Origin: Auanema rhodensis
Taxonomy: Eukaryota; Animalia; Nematoda
DNA: 64,000 nt
NCBI GenBank assembly: GCA_964057225.1
Contig: OZ059897.1
Coordinates: forward strand, 17,732,001-17,796,000
Direction: 5' to 3'
Shown: positions 10,530-25,500 of the stretch, piece by piece
How the letters are laid out: every line of letters begins with the position of its first letter
How positions within the stretch are numbered: the stretch's first letter is position 1
The notes under the pieces: generated by a model
Told to the model about the DNA's origin: nothing
Databases searched by the model: none
What the model saw: the letters and a program-made list of their open reading frames with translations, nothing else
Translations under genes and position numbers: made by a program

Positions 10530-13500
10530 CACTATACTACATTGAGAAACGCTTAATACAAAAACTAGTTATGATCGTTTGAAAAATGATGCATTAGTGT
10601 ATGTTGAGTTTCCATGTACACTCAACATTGCTTCCAAAAACATTTTGACAAAAATTTTTTCGAAAAATTTCAAAATAATTTAGCAAAAAGTAGATGTTTT
10701 TAGATTTCTTTTTTCAAGGCAAAGACGATGGACAATGTTATTCAACGAAAAAATTAATTCTTCAGGGTGAAAATCGAGGATATAAGTGTGAACTTATATC
10801 AGTTGATATCTCGGTGCATTTTTAAGCTAGCGCAAATCTGATAACACAGATCGACGCAGCTCAAAAATCCGCATCGAATGCACTGCACTACATTGAGAAA
10901 CGCTTAATTCAAAAGTTAGTTATGATCGTTTGAAAAATGATGCATTAGTGTATGTTGAGTTTCCATGTACACTCAACATTGCTTCCAAAAACATTTTGAC
11001 AAAAATTTTTTCGAAAAATTTCAAAATAATTTAACAAAAAGTACATTTTTGTAGGTTCCTTTTTTCAAGGCAAAGACGATGGACAATGTTATTCAACGAA
11101 AAAATTAATTCTTCAGGGTGAAAATCGAGGATATAAGTGTGAACTTATATCAGTTGATATCTCGGTGCATTTTTAAGCTAGCGCAAATCTGATAACACAG
11201 ATCGACGCAGCTTAAAAATCCGCATCGAATGCACTGCACTACATTGAGAAACACTTAATACAAAAATTAGTTATGATCGTTTGAAAAATGATGCATTAGT
11301 GTATGTTGAGTTTCCATGTACACTCAACATTGCTTCCAAAAACATTTTGACAAAAATTTTTTCGAAAAATTTCAAAATAATTTAGCAAAAAGTAGATGTT
11401 TTTAGATTTCTTTTTTCAAGGCAAAGACGATGGACAATGTTATTCAACGAAAAAATTAATTCTTCAGGGTGAAAATCGAGGATATAAGTGTGAACTTATA
11501 TCAGTTGATATCTCGGTGCATTTTTAAGCTAGCGCAAATCTGATAACACAGATCGACGCAGCTTAAAAATCCGCATCGAATGCACTATACTACATTGAGA
11601 AACGCTTAATTCAAAAGTTAGTTATGATCGTTTGAAAAATGATGCATTAGTGTATGTTGAGTTTCCATGTACACTCAACATTGCTTCCAAAAACATTTTG
11701 ACAAAAATTTTTTCGAAAAATTTCAAAATAATTTAACAAAAAGTACATTTTTGTAGGTTCCTTTTTTCAAGGCAAAGACGATGGACAATGTTATTCAACG
11801 AAAAAATTAATTCTTCAGGGTGAAAATCGAGGATATAAGTGTGAACTTATATCAGTTGATATCTCGGTGCATTTTTAAGCTAGCGCAAATCTGATAACAC
11901 AGATCGACGCAGCTTAAAAATCCGCATCGAATGCACTATACTACATTGAGAAACGCTTAATACAAAAATTAGTTATGATCGTTTGAAAAATGATGCATTA
12001 GTGTATGTTGAGTTTCCATGTACACTCAACATTGCTTCCAAAAAAATTTTGACAAAAATTTTTTCGAAAAATTTCAAAATAATTTAGCAAAAAGTAGATG
12101 TTTTTAGATTCCTTTTTTCAAGGCAAAAACGATGGACAATGTTATTCAACGAAAAAATTAATTCTTCAGGGTGAAAATCGAGGATATAAGTGTGAACTTA
12201 TATCAGTTGATATCTCGGTGCATTTTTAAGCTAGCGCAAATCTGATAACACAGATCGACGCAGCTTAAAAATCCGCATCGAATGCACTATACTACATTGA
12301 GAAACGCTTAATACAAAAATTAGTTATGATCGTTTGAAAAATGATGCATTAGTGTATGTTGAGTTTCCATGTACACTCAACATTGCTTCCAAAAAAATTT
12401 TGACAAAAATTTTTTCGAAAAATTTCAAAATAATTTAGCAAAAAGTAGATGTTTTTAGATTCCTTTTTCCAAGGCAAAGACGATGGACAATGTTATTCAA
12501 CGAAAAAATTAATTCTTCAGGGTGAAAATCGAGGATATAAGTGTGAACTTATATCAGTTGATATCTCGGTGCATTTTTAAGCTAGCGCAAATCTGATAAC
12601 ACAGATCGACGCAGCTTAAAAATCCGCATCGAATGCACTATACTACATTGAGAAACGCTTAATACAAAAATTAGTTATGATCGTTTGAAAAATGATGCAT
12701 TAGTGTATGTTGAGTTTCCATGTACACTCAACATTGCTTCCAAAAAAATTTTGACAAAAATTTTTTCGAAAAATTTCAAAATAATTTAGCAAAAAGTAGA
12801 TGTTTTTAGATTCCTTTTTTCAAGGCAAAAACGATGGACAATGTTATTCAACGAAAAAATTAATTCTTCAGGGTGAAAATCGAGGATATAAGTGTGAACT
12901 TATATCAGTTGATATCTCGGTGCATTTTTAAGCTAGCGCAAATCTGATAACACAGATCGACGCAGCTTAAAAATCCGCATCGAATGCACTATACTACATT
13001 GAGAAACGCTTAATACAAAAATTAGTTATGATCGTTTGAAAAATGATGCATTAGTGTATGTTGAGTTTCCATGTACACTCAACATTGCTTCCAAAAAAAT
13101 TTTGACAAAACTTTTTTCGAAAAATTTCAAAATAATTTAGCAAAAAGTAGATGTTTTTAGATTCCTTTTTTCAAGGCAAAGACGATGGACAATGTTATTC
13201 AACGAAAAAATTAATTCATCAGGGTGAAAATCGAGGATATAAGTGTGAACTTATATCAGTTGATATCTCGGTGCATTTTTAAGCTAGCGCAAATCTGATA
13301 ACACAGATCGACACAGCTTAAAAATCCGCATCGAATGCACTATACTACATTGAGAAACGCTTAATACAAAAATTAGTTATGATCGTTTGAAAAATGATGC
13401 ATTAGTGTATGTTGAGTTTCCATGTACACTCAACATTGCTTCCAAAAAAATTTTGACAAAACTTTTTTCGAAAAATTTCAAAATAATTTAGCAAAAAGTA

Positions 13501-16500
13501 GATGTTTTTAGATTCCTTTTTTCAAGGCAAAGACGATGGACAATGTTATTCAACGAAAAAATTAATTCATCAGGGTGAAAATCGAGGATATAAGTGTGAA
13601 CTTATATCAGTTGATATCTCGGTGCATTTTTAAGCTAGCGCAAATCTGATAACACAGATCGACGCAGGTTAAAAATCCGCATCGAATGCACTATACTACA
13701 TTGAGAAACGCTTAATACAAAAACTAGTTATGATCGTTTGAAAAATGATGCATTAGTGTATGTTGAGTTTCCATGTACACTCAACATTGCTTCCAAAAAC
13801 ATTTTGACAAAAATTTTTTCGAAAAATTTCAAAATAATTTAGCAAAAAGTAGATGTTTTTAGATTTCTTTTTTCAAGGCAAAGACGATGGACAATGTTAT
13901 TCAACGAAAAAATTAATTCTTCAGGGTGAAAATCGAGGATATAAGTGTGAACTTATATCAGTTGATATCTCGGTGCATTTTTAAGCTAGCGCAAATCTGA
14001 TAACACAGATCGACGCAGCTCAAAAATCCGCATCGAATGCACTGCACTACATTGAGAAACGCTTAATTCAAAAGTTAGTTATGATCGTTTGAAAAATGAT
14101 GCATTAGTGTATGTTGAGTTTCCATGTACACTCAACATTGCTTCCAAAAACATTTTGACAAAAATTTTTTCGAAAAATTTCAAAATAATTTAACAAAAAG
14201 TACATTTTTGTAGGTTCCTTTTTTCAAGGCAAAGACGATGGACAATGTTATTCAACGAAAAAATTAATTCTTCAGGGTGAAAATCGAGGATATAAGTGTG
14301 AACTTATATCAGTTGATATCTCGGTGCATTTTTAAGCTAGCGCAAATCTGATAACACAGATCGACGCAGCTTAAAAATCCGCATCGAATGCACTGCACTA
14401 CATTGAGAAACACTTAATACAAAAATTAGTTATGATCGTTTGAAAAATGATGCATTAGTGTATGTTGAGTTTCCATGTACACTCAACATTGCTTCCAAAA
14501 ACATTTTGACAAAAATTTTTTCGAAAAATTTCAAAATAATTTAACAAAAAGTACATTTTTGTAGGTTCCTTTTTTCAAGGCAAAGACGATGGACAATGTT
14601 ATTCAACGAAAAAATTAATTCATCAGGGTGAAAATCGAGGATATAAGTGTGAACTTATATCAGTTGATATCTCGGTGCATTTTTAAGCTAGCGCAAATCT
14701 GATAACACAGATCGACACAGCTTAAAAATCCGCATCGAATGCACTATACTACATTGAGAAACGCTTAATACAAAAATTAGTTATGATCGTTTGAAAAATG
14801 ATGCATTAGTGTATGTTGAGTTTCCATGTACACTCAACATTGCTTCCAAAAAAATTTTGACAAAACTTTTTTCGAAAAATTTCAAAATAATTTAGCAAAA
14901 AGTAGATGTTTTTAGATTCCTTTTTTCAAGGCAAAGACGATGGACAATGTTATTCAACGAAAAAATTAATTCATCAGGGTGAAAATCGAGGATATAAGTG
15001 TGAACTTATATCAGTTGATATCTCGGTGCATTTTTAAGCTAGCGCAAATCTGATAACACAGATCGACGCAGGTTAAAAATCCGCATCGAATGCACTATAC
15101 TACATTGAGAAACGCTTAATACAAAAACTAGTTATGATCGTTTGAAAAATGATGCATTAGTGTATGTTGAGTTTCCATGTACACTCAACATTGCTTCCAA
15201 AAACATTTTGACAAAAATTTTTTCGAAAAATTTCAAAATAATTTAGCAAAAAGTAGATGTTTTTAGATTTCTTTTTTCAAGGCAAAGACGATGGACAATG
15301 TTATTCAACGAAAAAATTAATTCTTCAGGGTGAAAATCGAGGATATAAGTGTGAACTTATATCAGTTGATATCTCGGTGCATTTTTAAGCTAGCGCAAAT
15401 CTGATAACACAGATCGACGCAGCTCAAAAATCCGCATCGAATGCACTGCACTACATTGAGAAACGCTTAATTCAAAAGTTAGTTATGATCGTTTGAAAAA
15501 TGATGCATTAGTGTATGTTGAGTTTCCATGTACACTCAACATTGCTTCCAAAAACATTTTGACAAAAATTTTTTCGAAAAATTTCAAAATAATTTAACAA
15601 AAAGTACATTTTTGTAGGTTCCTTTTTTCAAGGCAAAGACGATGGACAATGTTATTCAACGAAAAAATTAATTCTTCAGGGTGAAAATCGAGGATATAAG
15701 TGTGAACTTATATCAGTTGATATCTCGGTGCATTTTTAAGCTAGCGCAAATCTGATAACACAGATCGACGCAGCTTAAAAATCCGCATCGAATGCACTGC
15801 ACTACATTGAGAAACACTTAATACAAAAATTAGTTATGATCGTTTGAAAAATGATGCATTAGTGTATGTTGAGTTTCCATGTACACTCAACATTGCTTCC
15901 AAAAACATTTTGACAAAAATTTTTTCGAAAAATTTCAAAATAATTTAGCAAAAAGTAGATGTTTTTAGATTTCTTTTTTCAAGGCAAAGACGATGGACAA
16001 TGTTATTCAACGAAAAAATTAATTCTTCAGGGTGAAAATCGAGGATATAAGTGTGAACTTATATCAGTTGATATCTCGGTGCATTTTTAAGCTAGCGCAA
16101 ATCTGATAACACAGATCGACGCAGCTTAAAAATCCGCATCGAATGCACTATACTACATTGAGAAACGCTTAATTCAAAAGTTAGTTATGATCGTTTGAAA
16201 AATGATGCATTAGTGTATGTTGAGTTTCCATGTACACTCAACATTGCTTCCAAAAACATTTTGACAAAAATTTTTTCGAAAAATTTCAAAATAATTTAAC
16301 AAAAAGTACATTTTTGTAGGTTCCTTTTTTCAAGGCAAAGACGATGGACAATGTTATTCAACGAAAAAATTAATTCTTCAGGGTGAAAATCGAGGATATA
16401 AGTGTGAACTTATATCAGTTGATATCTCGGTGCATTTTTAAGCTAGCGCAAATCTGATAACACAGATCGACGCAGCTTAAAAATCCGCATCGAATGCACT

Positions 16501-19500
16501 GCACTACATTGAGAAACACTTAATACAAAAATTAGTTATGATCGTTTGAAAAATGATGCATTAGTGTATGTTGAGTTTCCATGTACACTCAACATTGCTT
16601 CCAAAAACATTTTGACAAAAATTTTTTCGAAAAATTTCAAAATAATTTAGCAAAAAGTAGATGTTTTTAGATTTCTTTTTTCAAGGCAAAGACGATGGAC
16701 AATGTTATTCAACGAAAAAATTAATTCTTCAGGGTGAAAATCGAGGATATAAGTGTGAACTTATATCAGTTGATATATCGGTGCATTTTTAAGCTAGCGC
16801 AAATCTGATAACACAGATCGACGCAGCTTAAAAATCCGCATCGAATGCACTATACTACATTGAGAAACGCTTAATACAAAAATTAGTTATGATCGTTTGA
16901 AAAATGATGCATTAGTGTATGTTGAGTTTCCATGTACACTCAACATTGCTTCCAAAAACATTTTGACAAAAATTTTTTCGAAAAATTTCAAAATAATTTT
17001 GCAAAAAGTAGATGTTTTCAGATTTTTTTTTTCAAGGCAAAGACGATGGACAATGTTATTGAACGAAAAAATTAATTCTTCAGGGTGAAAATCGAGGATA
17101 TAAGTGTGAACTTATATCAGTTGATATCTCGGTGCATTTTTAAGCTAGCGCAAATCTGATAACACAGATCGACGCAGCTTACAAATCCGCATCGAATGCA
17201 CTATACTACATTGAGAAACGCTTAATACAAAAATTAGTTATGATCGTTTGAAAAATGATGCATTAGTGTATGTTGAGTTTCCATGTACACTCAACATTGC
17301 TTCCAAAAACATTATGACAAAAATTTTTTCGAAAAATTTCAAAATAATTTAGCAAAAAGTAGATGTTTTTAGATTCCTTTTTTCAAGGCAAAGACGATGG
17401 ACAATGTTATTCAACGAAAAAAACAATTCTTCAGGGTGAAAATCGAGGATATAAGTGTGAACTTATATCAGTTGATATATCGGTGCATTTTTAAGCTAGC
17501 GCAAATCTGATAACACAGATCGACGCAGCTTACAAATCCGCATCGAATGCACTATACTACATTGAGAAACGCTTAATACAAAAATTAGTTATGATCGTTT
17601 GAAAAATGATGCATTAGTGTATGTTGAGTTTCCATGTACACTCAACATTGCTTCCAAAAAAATTTTGACAAAAATTTTTTCGAAAAATTTCAAAATAATT
17701 TAGCAAAAAGTAGATGTTTTTAGATTCCTTTTTTCAAGGCAAAGACGATGGACAATGTTATTCAACGAAAAAATTAATTCTTCAGGGTGAAAATCGAGGA
17801 TATAAGTGTGAACTTATATCAGTTGATATCTCGGTGCATTTTTAAGCTAGCGCAAATCTGATAACACAGATCGACGCAGCTTAAAAATCCGCATCGAATG
17901 CACTATACTACATTGAGAAACGCTTAATACAAAAATTAGTTATGATCGTTTGAAAAATGATGCATTAGTGTATGTTGAGTTTCCATGTACACTCAATATT
18001 GCTTCCAAAAAAATTTTGACAAAAATTTTTTCGAAAAATTTCAAAATAATTTAGCAAAAAGTAGATGTTTTTAGATTCCTTTTTTCAAGGCAAAGACGAT
18101 GGACAATGTTATTCAACGAAAAAAACAATTCTTCAGGGTGAAAATCGAGGATATAAGTGTGAACTTATATCAGTTGATATATCGGTGCATTTTTAAGCTA
18201 GCGCAAATCTGATAACACAGATCGACGCAGCTTACAAATCCGCATCGAATGCACTATACTACATTGAGAAACGCTTAATACAAAAATTAGTTATGATCGT
18301 TTGAAAAATGATGCATTAGTGTATGTTGAGTTTCCATGTACACTCAACATTGCTTCCAAAAAAATTTTGACAAAAATTTTTTCGAAAAATTTCAAAATAA
18401 TTTAGCAAAAAGTAGATGTTTTTAGATTCCTTTTTTCAAGGCAAAGACGATGGACAATGTTATTCAACGAAAAAATTAATTCTTCAGGGTGAAAATCGAG
18501 GATATAAGTGTGAACTTATATCAGTTGATATCTCGGTGCATTTTTAAGCTAGCGCAAATCTGATAACACAGATCGACGCAGCTTAAAAATCCGCATCGAA
18601 TGCACTATACTACATTGAGAAACGCTTAATACAAAAATTAGTTATGATCGTTTGAAAAATGATGCATTAGTGTATGTTGAGTTTCCATGTACACTCAACA
18701 TTGCTTCCAAAAAAATTTTGACAAAAATTTTTTCGAAAAATTTCAAAATAATTTAGCAAAAAGTAGATGTTTTTAGATTCCTTTTTTCAAGGCAAAAACG
18801 ATGGACAATGTTATTCAACGAAAAAATTAATTCTTCAGGGTGAAAATCGAGGATATAAGTGTGAACTTATATCAGTTGATATCTCGGTGCATTTTTAAGC
18901 TAGCGCAAATCTGATAACACAGATCGACGCAGCTTAAAAATCCGCATCGAATGCACTATACTACATTGAGAAACGCTTAATACAAAAATTAGTTATGATC
19001 GTTTGAAAAATGATGCATTAGTGTATGTTGAGTTTCCATGTACACTCAACATTGCTTCCAAAAAAATTTTGACAAAAATTTTTTCGAAAAATTTCAAAAT
19101 AATTTAGCAAAAAGTAGATGTTTTTAGATTCCTTCTTTCAAGGCAAAGACGATGGACAATGTTATTCAACGAAAAAATTAATTCATCAGGGTGAAAATCG
19201 AGGATATAAGTGTGAACTTATATCAGTTGATATCTCGGTGCATTTTTAAGCTAGCGCAAATCTGATAACACAGATCGACGCACGTTAAAAATCCGCATCG
19301 AATGCACTATACTACATTGAGAAACGCTTAATACAAAAACTAGTTATGATCGTTTGAAAAATGATGCATTAGTGTATGTTGAGTTTCCATGTACACTCAA
19401 CATTGCTTCCAAAAACATTTTGACAAAAATTTTTTCGAAAAATTTCAAAATAATTTAGCAAAAAGTAGATGTTTTTAGATTTCTTTTTTCAAGGCAAAGA

Positions 19501-22500
19501 CGATGGACAATGTTATTCAACGAAAAAATTAATTCTTCAGGGTGAAAATCGAGGATATAAGTGTGAACTTATATCAGTTGATATCTCGGTGCATTTTTAA
19601 GCTAGCGCAAATCTGATAACACAGATCGACGCAGCTCAAAAATCCGCATCAAATGCACTGCACTACATTGAGAAACGCTTAATTCAAAAGTTAGTTATGA
19701 TCGTTTGAAAAATGATGCATTAGTGTATGTTGAGTTTCCATGTACACTCAACATTGCTTCCAAAAACATTTTGACAAAAATTTTTTCGAAAAATTTCAAA
19801 ATAATTTAACAAAAAGTACATTTTTGTAGGTCCCTTTTTTCAAGGCAAAGACGATGGACAATGTTATTCAACGAAAAAATTAATTCATCAGGGTGAAAAT
19901 CGAGGATATAAGTGTGAACTTATATCAGTTGATATCTCGGTGCATTTTTAAGCTAGCGCAAATCTGATAACACAGATCGACGCAGGTTAAAAATCCGCAT
20001 CGAATGCACTATACTACATTGAGAAACGCTTAATACAAAAACTAGTTATGATCGTTTGAAAAATGATGCATTAGTGTATGTTGAGTTTCCATGTACACTC
20101 AACATTGCTTCCAAAAACATTTTGACAAAAATTTTTTCGAAAAATTTCAAAATAATTTAGCAAAAAGTAGATGTTTTTAGATTTCTTTTTTCAAGGCAAA
20201 GACGATGGACAATGTTATTCAACGAAAAAATTAATTCTTCAGGGTGAAAATCGAGGATATAAGTGTGAACTTATATCAGTTGATATCTCGGTGCATTTTT
20301 AAGCTAGCGCAAATCTGATAACACAGATCGACGCAGCTCAAAAATCCGCATCAAATGCACTGCACTACATTGAGAAACGCTTAATTCAAAAGTTAGTTAT
20401 GATCGTTTGAAAAATGATGCATTAGTGTATGTTGAGTTTCCATGTACACTCAACATTGCTTCCAAAAACATTTTGACAAAAATTTTTTCGAAAAATTTCA
20501 AAATAATTTAACAAAAAGTACATTTTTGTAGGTCCCTTTTTTCAAGGCAAAGACGATGGACAATGTTATTCAACGAAAAAATTAATTCTTCAGGGTGAAA
20601 ATCGAGGATATAAGTGTGAACTTATATCAGTTGATATCTCGGTGCATTTTTAAGCTAGCGCAAATCTGATAACACAGATCGACGCAGCTTAAAAATCCGC
20701 ATCGAATGCACTGCACTACATTGAGAAACACTTAATACAAAAATTAGTTATGATCGTTTGAAAAATGATGCATTAGTGTATGTTGAGTTTCCATGTACAC
20801 TCAACATTGCTTCCAAAAACATTTTGACAAAAATTTTTTCGAAAAATTTCAAAATAATTTAGCAAAAAGTAGATGTTTTTAGATTTCTTTTTTCAAGGCA
20901 AAGACGATGGACAATGTTATTCAACGAAAAAATTAATTCTTCAGGGTGAAAATCGAGGATATAAGTGTGAACTTATATCAGTTGATATATCGGTGCATTT
21001 TTAAGCTAGCGCAAATCTGATAACACAGATCGACGCAGCTTAAAAATCCGCATCGAATGCACTATACTACATTGAGAAACGCTTAATACAAAAATTAGTT
21101 ATGATCGTTTGAAAAATGATGCATTAGTGTATGTTGAGTTTCCATGTACACTCAACATTGCTTCCAAAAAAATTTTGACAAAAATTTTTTCGAAAAATTT
21201 CAAAATAATTTAGCAAAAAGTAGATGTTTTTAGATTCCTTTTTTCAAGGCAAAGACGATGGACAATGTTATTCAACGAAAAAATTAATTCTTCAGGGTGA
21301 AAATCGAGGATATAAGTGTGAACTTATATCAGTTGATATCTCGGTGCATTTTTAAGCTAGCGCAAATCTGATAACACAGATCGACGCAGCTTAAAAATCC
21401 GCATCGAATGCACTATACTACATTGAGAAACGCTTAATACAAAAATTAGTTATGATCGTTTGAAAAATGATGCATTAGTGTATGTTGAGTTTCCATGTAC
21501 ACTCAATATTGCTTCCAAAAAAATTTTGACAAAAATTTTTTCGAAAAATTTCAAAATAATTTAGCAAAAAGTAGATGTTTTTAGATTCCTTTTTTCAAGG
21601 CAAAGACGATGGACAATGTTATTCAACGAAAAAAACAATTCTTCAGGGTGAAAATCGAGGATATAAGTGTGAACTTATATCAGTTGATATATCGGTGCAT
21701 TTTTAAGCTAGCGCAAATCTGATAACACAGATCGACGCAGCTTACAAATCCGCATCGAATGCACTATACTACATTGAGAAACGCTTAATACAAAAATTAG
21801 TTATGATCGTTTGAAAAATGATGCATTAGTGTATGTTGAGTTTCCATGTACACTCAACATTGCTTCCAAAAAAATTTTGACAAAAATTTTTTCGAAAAAT
21901 TTCAAAATAATTTAGCAAAAAGTAGATGTTTTTAGATTCCTTTTTTCAAGGCAAAAACGATGGACAATGTTATTCAACGAAAAAATTAATTCTTCAGGGT
22001 GAAAATCGAGGATATAAGTGTGAACTTATATCAGTTGATATCTCGGTGCATTTTTAAGCTAGCGCAAATCTGATAACACAGATCGACGCAGCTTAAAAAT
22101 CCGCATCGAATGCACTATACTACATTGAGAAACGCTTAATACAAAAATTAGTTATGATCGTTTGAAAAATGATGCATTAGTGTATGTTGAGTTTCCATGT
22201 ACACTCAACATTGCTTCCAAAAAAATTTTGACAAAAATTTTTTCGAAAAATTTCAAAATAATTTAGCAAAAAGTAGATGTTTTTAGATTTCTTTTTTCAA
22301 GGCAAAGACGATGGACAATGTTATTCAACGAAAAAATTAATTCATCAGGGTGAAAATCGAGGATATAAGTGTGAACTTATATCAGTTGATATCTCGGTGC
22401 ATTTTTAAGCTAGCGCAAATCTGATAACACAGATCGACGCAGGTTAAAAATCCGCATCGAATGCACTATACTACATTGAGAAACGCTTAATACAAAAATT

Positions 22501-25500
22501 AGTTATGATCGTTTGAAAAATGATGCATTAGTGTATGTTGAGTTTCCATGTACACTCAACATTGCTTCCAAAAAAATTTTGACAAAAATTTTTTCGAAAA
22601 ATTTCAAAATAATTTAGCAAAAAGTAGATGTTTTTAGATTCCTTTTTTCAAGGCAAAGACGATGGACAATGTTATTCAACGAAAAAATTAATTCTTCAGG
22701 GTGAAAATCGAGGATATAAGTGTGAACTTATATCAGTTGATATCTCGGTGCATTTTTAAGCTAGCGCAAATCTGATAACACAGATCGACGCAGCTTAAAA
22801 ATCCGCATCGAATGCACTATACTACATTGAGAAACGCTTAATACAAAAATTAGTTATGATCGTTTGAAAAATGATGCATTAGTGTATGTTGAGTTTCCAT
22901 GTACACTCAACATTGCTTCCAAAAAAATTTTGACAAAAATTTTTTCGAAAAATTTCAAAATAATTTAGCAAAAAGTAGATGTTTTTAGATTCCTTTTTTC
23001 AAGGCAAAGATGATGGACAATGTTATTCAACGAAAAAATTAATTCTTCAGGGTGAAAATCGAGGATATAAGTGTGAACTTATATCAGTTGATATCTCGGT
23101 GCATTTTTAAGCTAGCGCAAATCTGATAACACAGATCGACGCAGGTTAAAAATCCGCATCGAATGCACTATACTACATTGAGAAACGCTTAATACAAAAA
23201 TTAGTTATGATCGTTTGAAAAATGATGCATTAGTGTATGTTGAGTTTCCATGTACACTCAACATTGCTTCCAAAAACATTTTGACAAAAATTTTTTCGAA
23301 AAATTTCAAAATAATTTTGCAAAAAGTAGATGTTTTCAGATTTTTTTTTTCAAGGCAAAGACGATGGACAATGTTATTCAACGAAAAAATTAATTCTTCA
23401 GGGTGAAAATCGAGGATATAAGTGTGAACTTATATCAGTTGATATCTCGGTGCATTTTTAAGCTAGCGCAAATCTGATAACACAGATCGACGCAGCTTAA
23501 AAATCCGCATCGAATGCACTGCACTACATTGAGAAACACTTAATACAAAAATTAGTTATGATCGTTTGAAAAATGATGCATTAGTGTATGTTGAGTTTCC
23601 ATGTACACTCAACATTGCTTCCAAAAACATTTTGACAAAAATTTTTTCGAAAAATTTCAAAATAATTTAGCAAAAAGTAGATGTTTTTAGATTTATTTTT
23701 TCAAGGCAAAGACGATGGACAATGTTATTCAACGAAAAAATTAATTCTTCAGGGTGAAAATCGAGGATATAAGTGTGAACTTATATCAGTTGATATCTCG
23801 GTGCATTTTTAAGCTAGCGCAAATCTGATAACACAGATCGACGCAGCTTAAAAATCCGCATCGAATGCACTATACTACATTGAGAAACGCTTAATACAAA
23901 AATTAGTTATGATCGTTTGAAAAATGATGCATTAGTGTATGTTGAGTTTCCATGTACACTCAACATTGCTTCCAAAAAAATTTTGACAAAAATTTTTTCG
24001 AAAAATTTCAAAATAATTTAGCAAAAAGTAGATGTTTTTAGATTCCTTTTTTCAAGGCAAAGACGATGGACAATGTTATTCAACGAAAAAATTAATTCTT
24101 CAGGGTGAAAATCGAGGATATAAGTGTGAACTTATATCAGTTGATATCTCGGTGCATTTTTAAGCTAGCGCAAATCTGATAACACAGATCGACGCAGCTT
24201 AAAAATCCGCATCGAATGCACTATACTACATTGAGAAACGCTTAATACAAAAATTAGTTATGATCGTTTGAAAAATGATGCATTAGTGTATGTTGAGTTT
24301 CCATGTACACTCAACATTGCTTCCAAAAAAATTTTGACAAAAATTTTTTCGAAAAATTTCAAAATAATTTAGCAAAAAGTAGATGTTTTTAGATTCCTTT
24401 TTTCAAGGCAAAGATGATGGACAATGTTATTCAACGAAAAAATTAATTCTTCAGGGTGAAAATCGAGGATATAAGTGTGAACTTATATCAGTTGATATCT
24501 CGGTGCATTTTTAAGCTAGCGCAAATCTGATAACACAGATCGACGCAGGTTAAAAATCCGCATCGAATGCACTATACTACATTGAGAAACGCTTAATACA
24601 AAAATTAGTTATGATCGTTTGAAAAATGATGCATTAGTGTATGTTGAGTTTCCATGTACACTCAACATTGCTTCCAAAAACATTTTGACAAAAATTTTTT
24701 CGAAAAATTTCAAAATAATTTTGCAAAAAGTAGATGTTTTCAGATTTTTTTTTTCAAGGCAAAGACGATGGACAATGTTATTCAACGAAAAAATTAATTC
24801 TTCAGGGTGAAAATCGAGGATATAAGTGTGAACTTATATCAGTTGATATCTCGGTGCATTTTTAAGCTAGCGCAAATCTGATAACACAGATCGACGCAGC
24901 TTACAAATCCGCATCGAATGCACTATACTACATTGAGAAACGCTTAATACAAAAATTAGTTATGATCGTTTGAAAAATGATGCATTAGTGTATGTTGAGT
25001 TTCCATGTACACTCAACATTGCTTCCAAAAACATTATGACAAAAATTTTTTCGAAAAATTTCAAAATAATTTAGCAAAAAGTAGATGTTTTTAGATTCCT
25101 TTTTTCAAGGCAAAGACGATGGACAATGTTATTCAACGAAAAAAACAATTCTTCAGGGTGAAAATCGAGGATATAAGTGTGAACTTATATCAGTTGATAT
25201 ATCGGTGCATTTTTAAGCTAGCGCAAATCTGATAACACAGATCGACGCAGCTTACAAATCCGCATCGAATGCACTATACTACATTGAGAAACGCTTAATA
25301 CAAAAATTAGTTATGATCGTTTGAAAAATGATGCATTAGTGTATGTTGAGTTTCCATGTACACTCAACATTGCTTCCAAAAAAATTTTGACAAAAATTTT
25401 TTCGAAAAATTTCAAAATAATTTAGCAAAAAGTAGATGTTTTTAGATTCCTTTTTTCAAGGCAAAGACGATGGACAATGTTATTCAACGAAAAAATTAAT

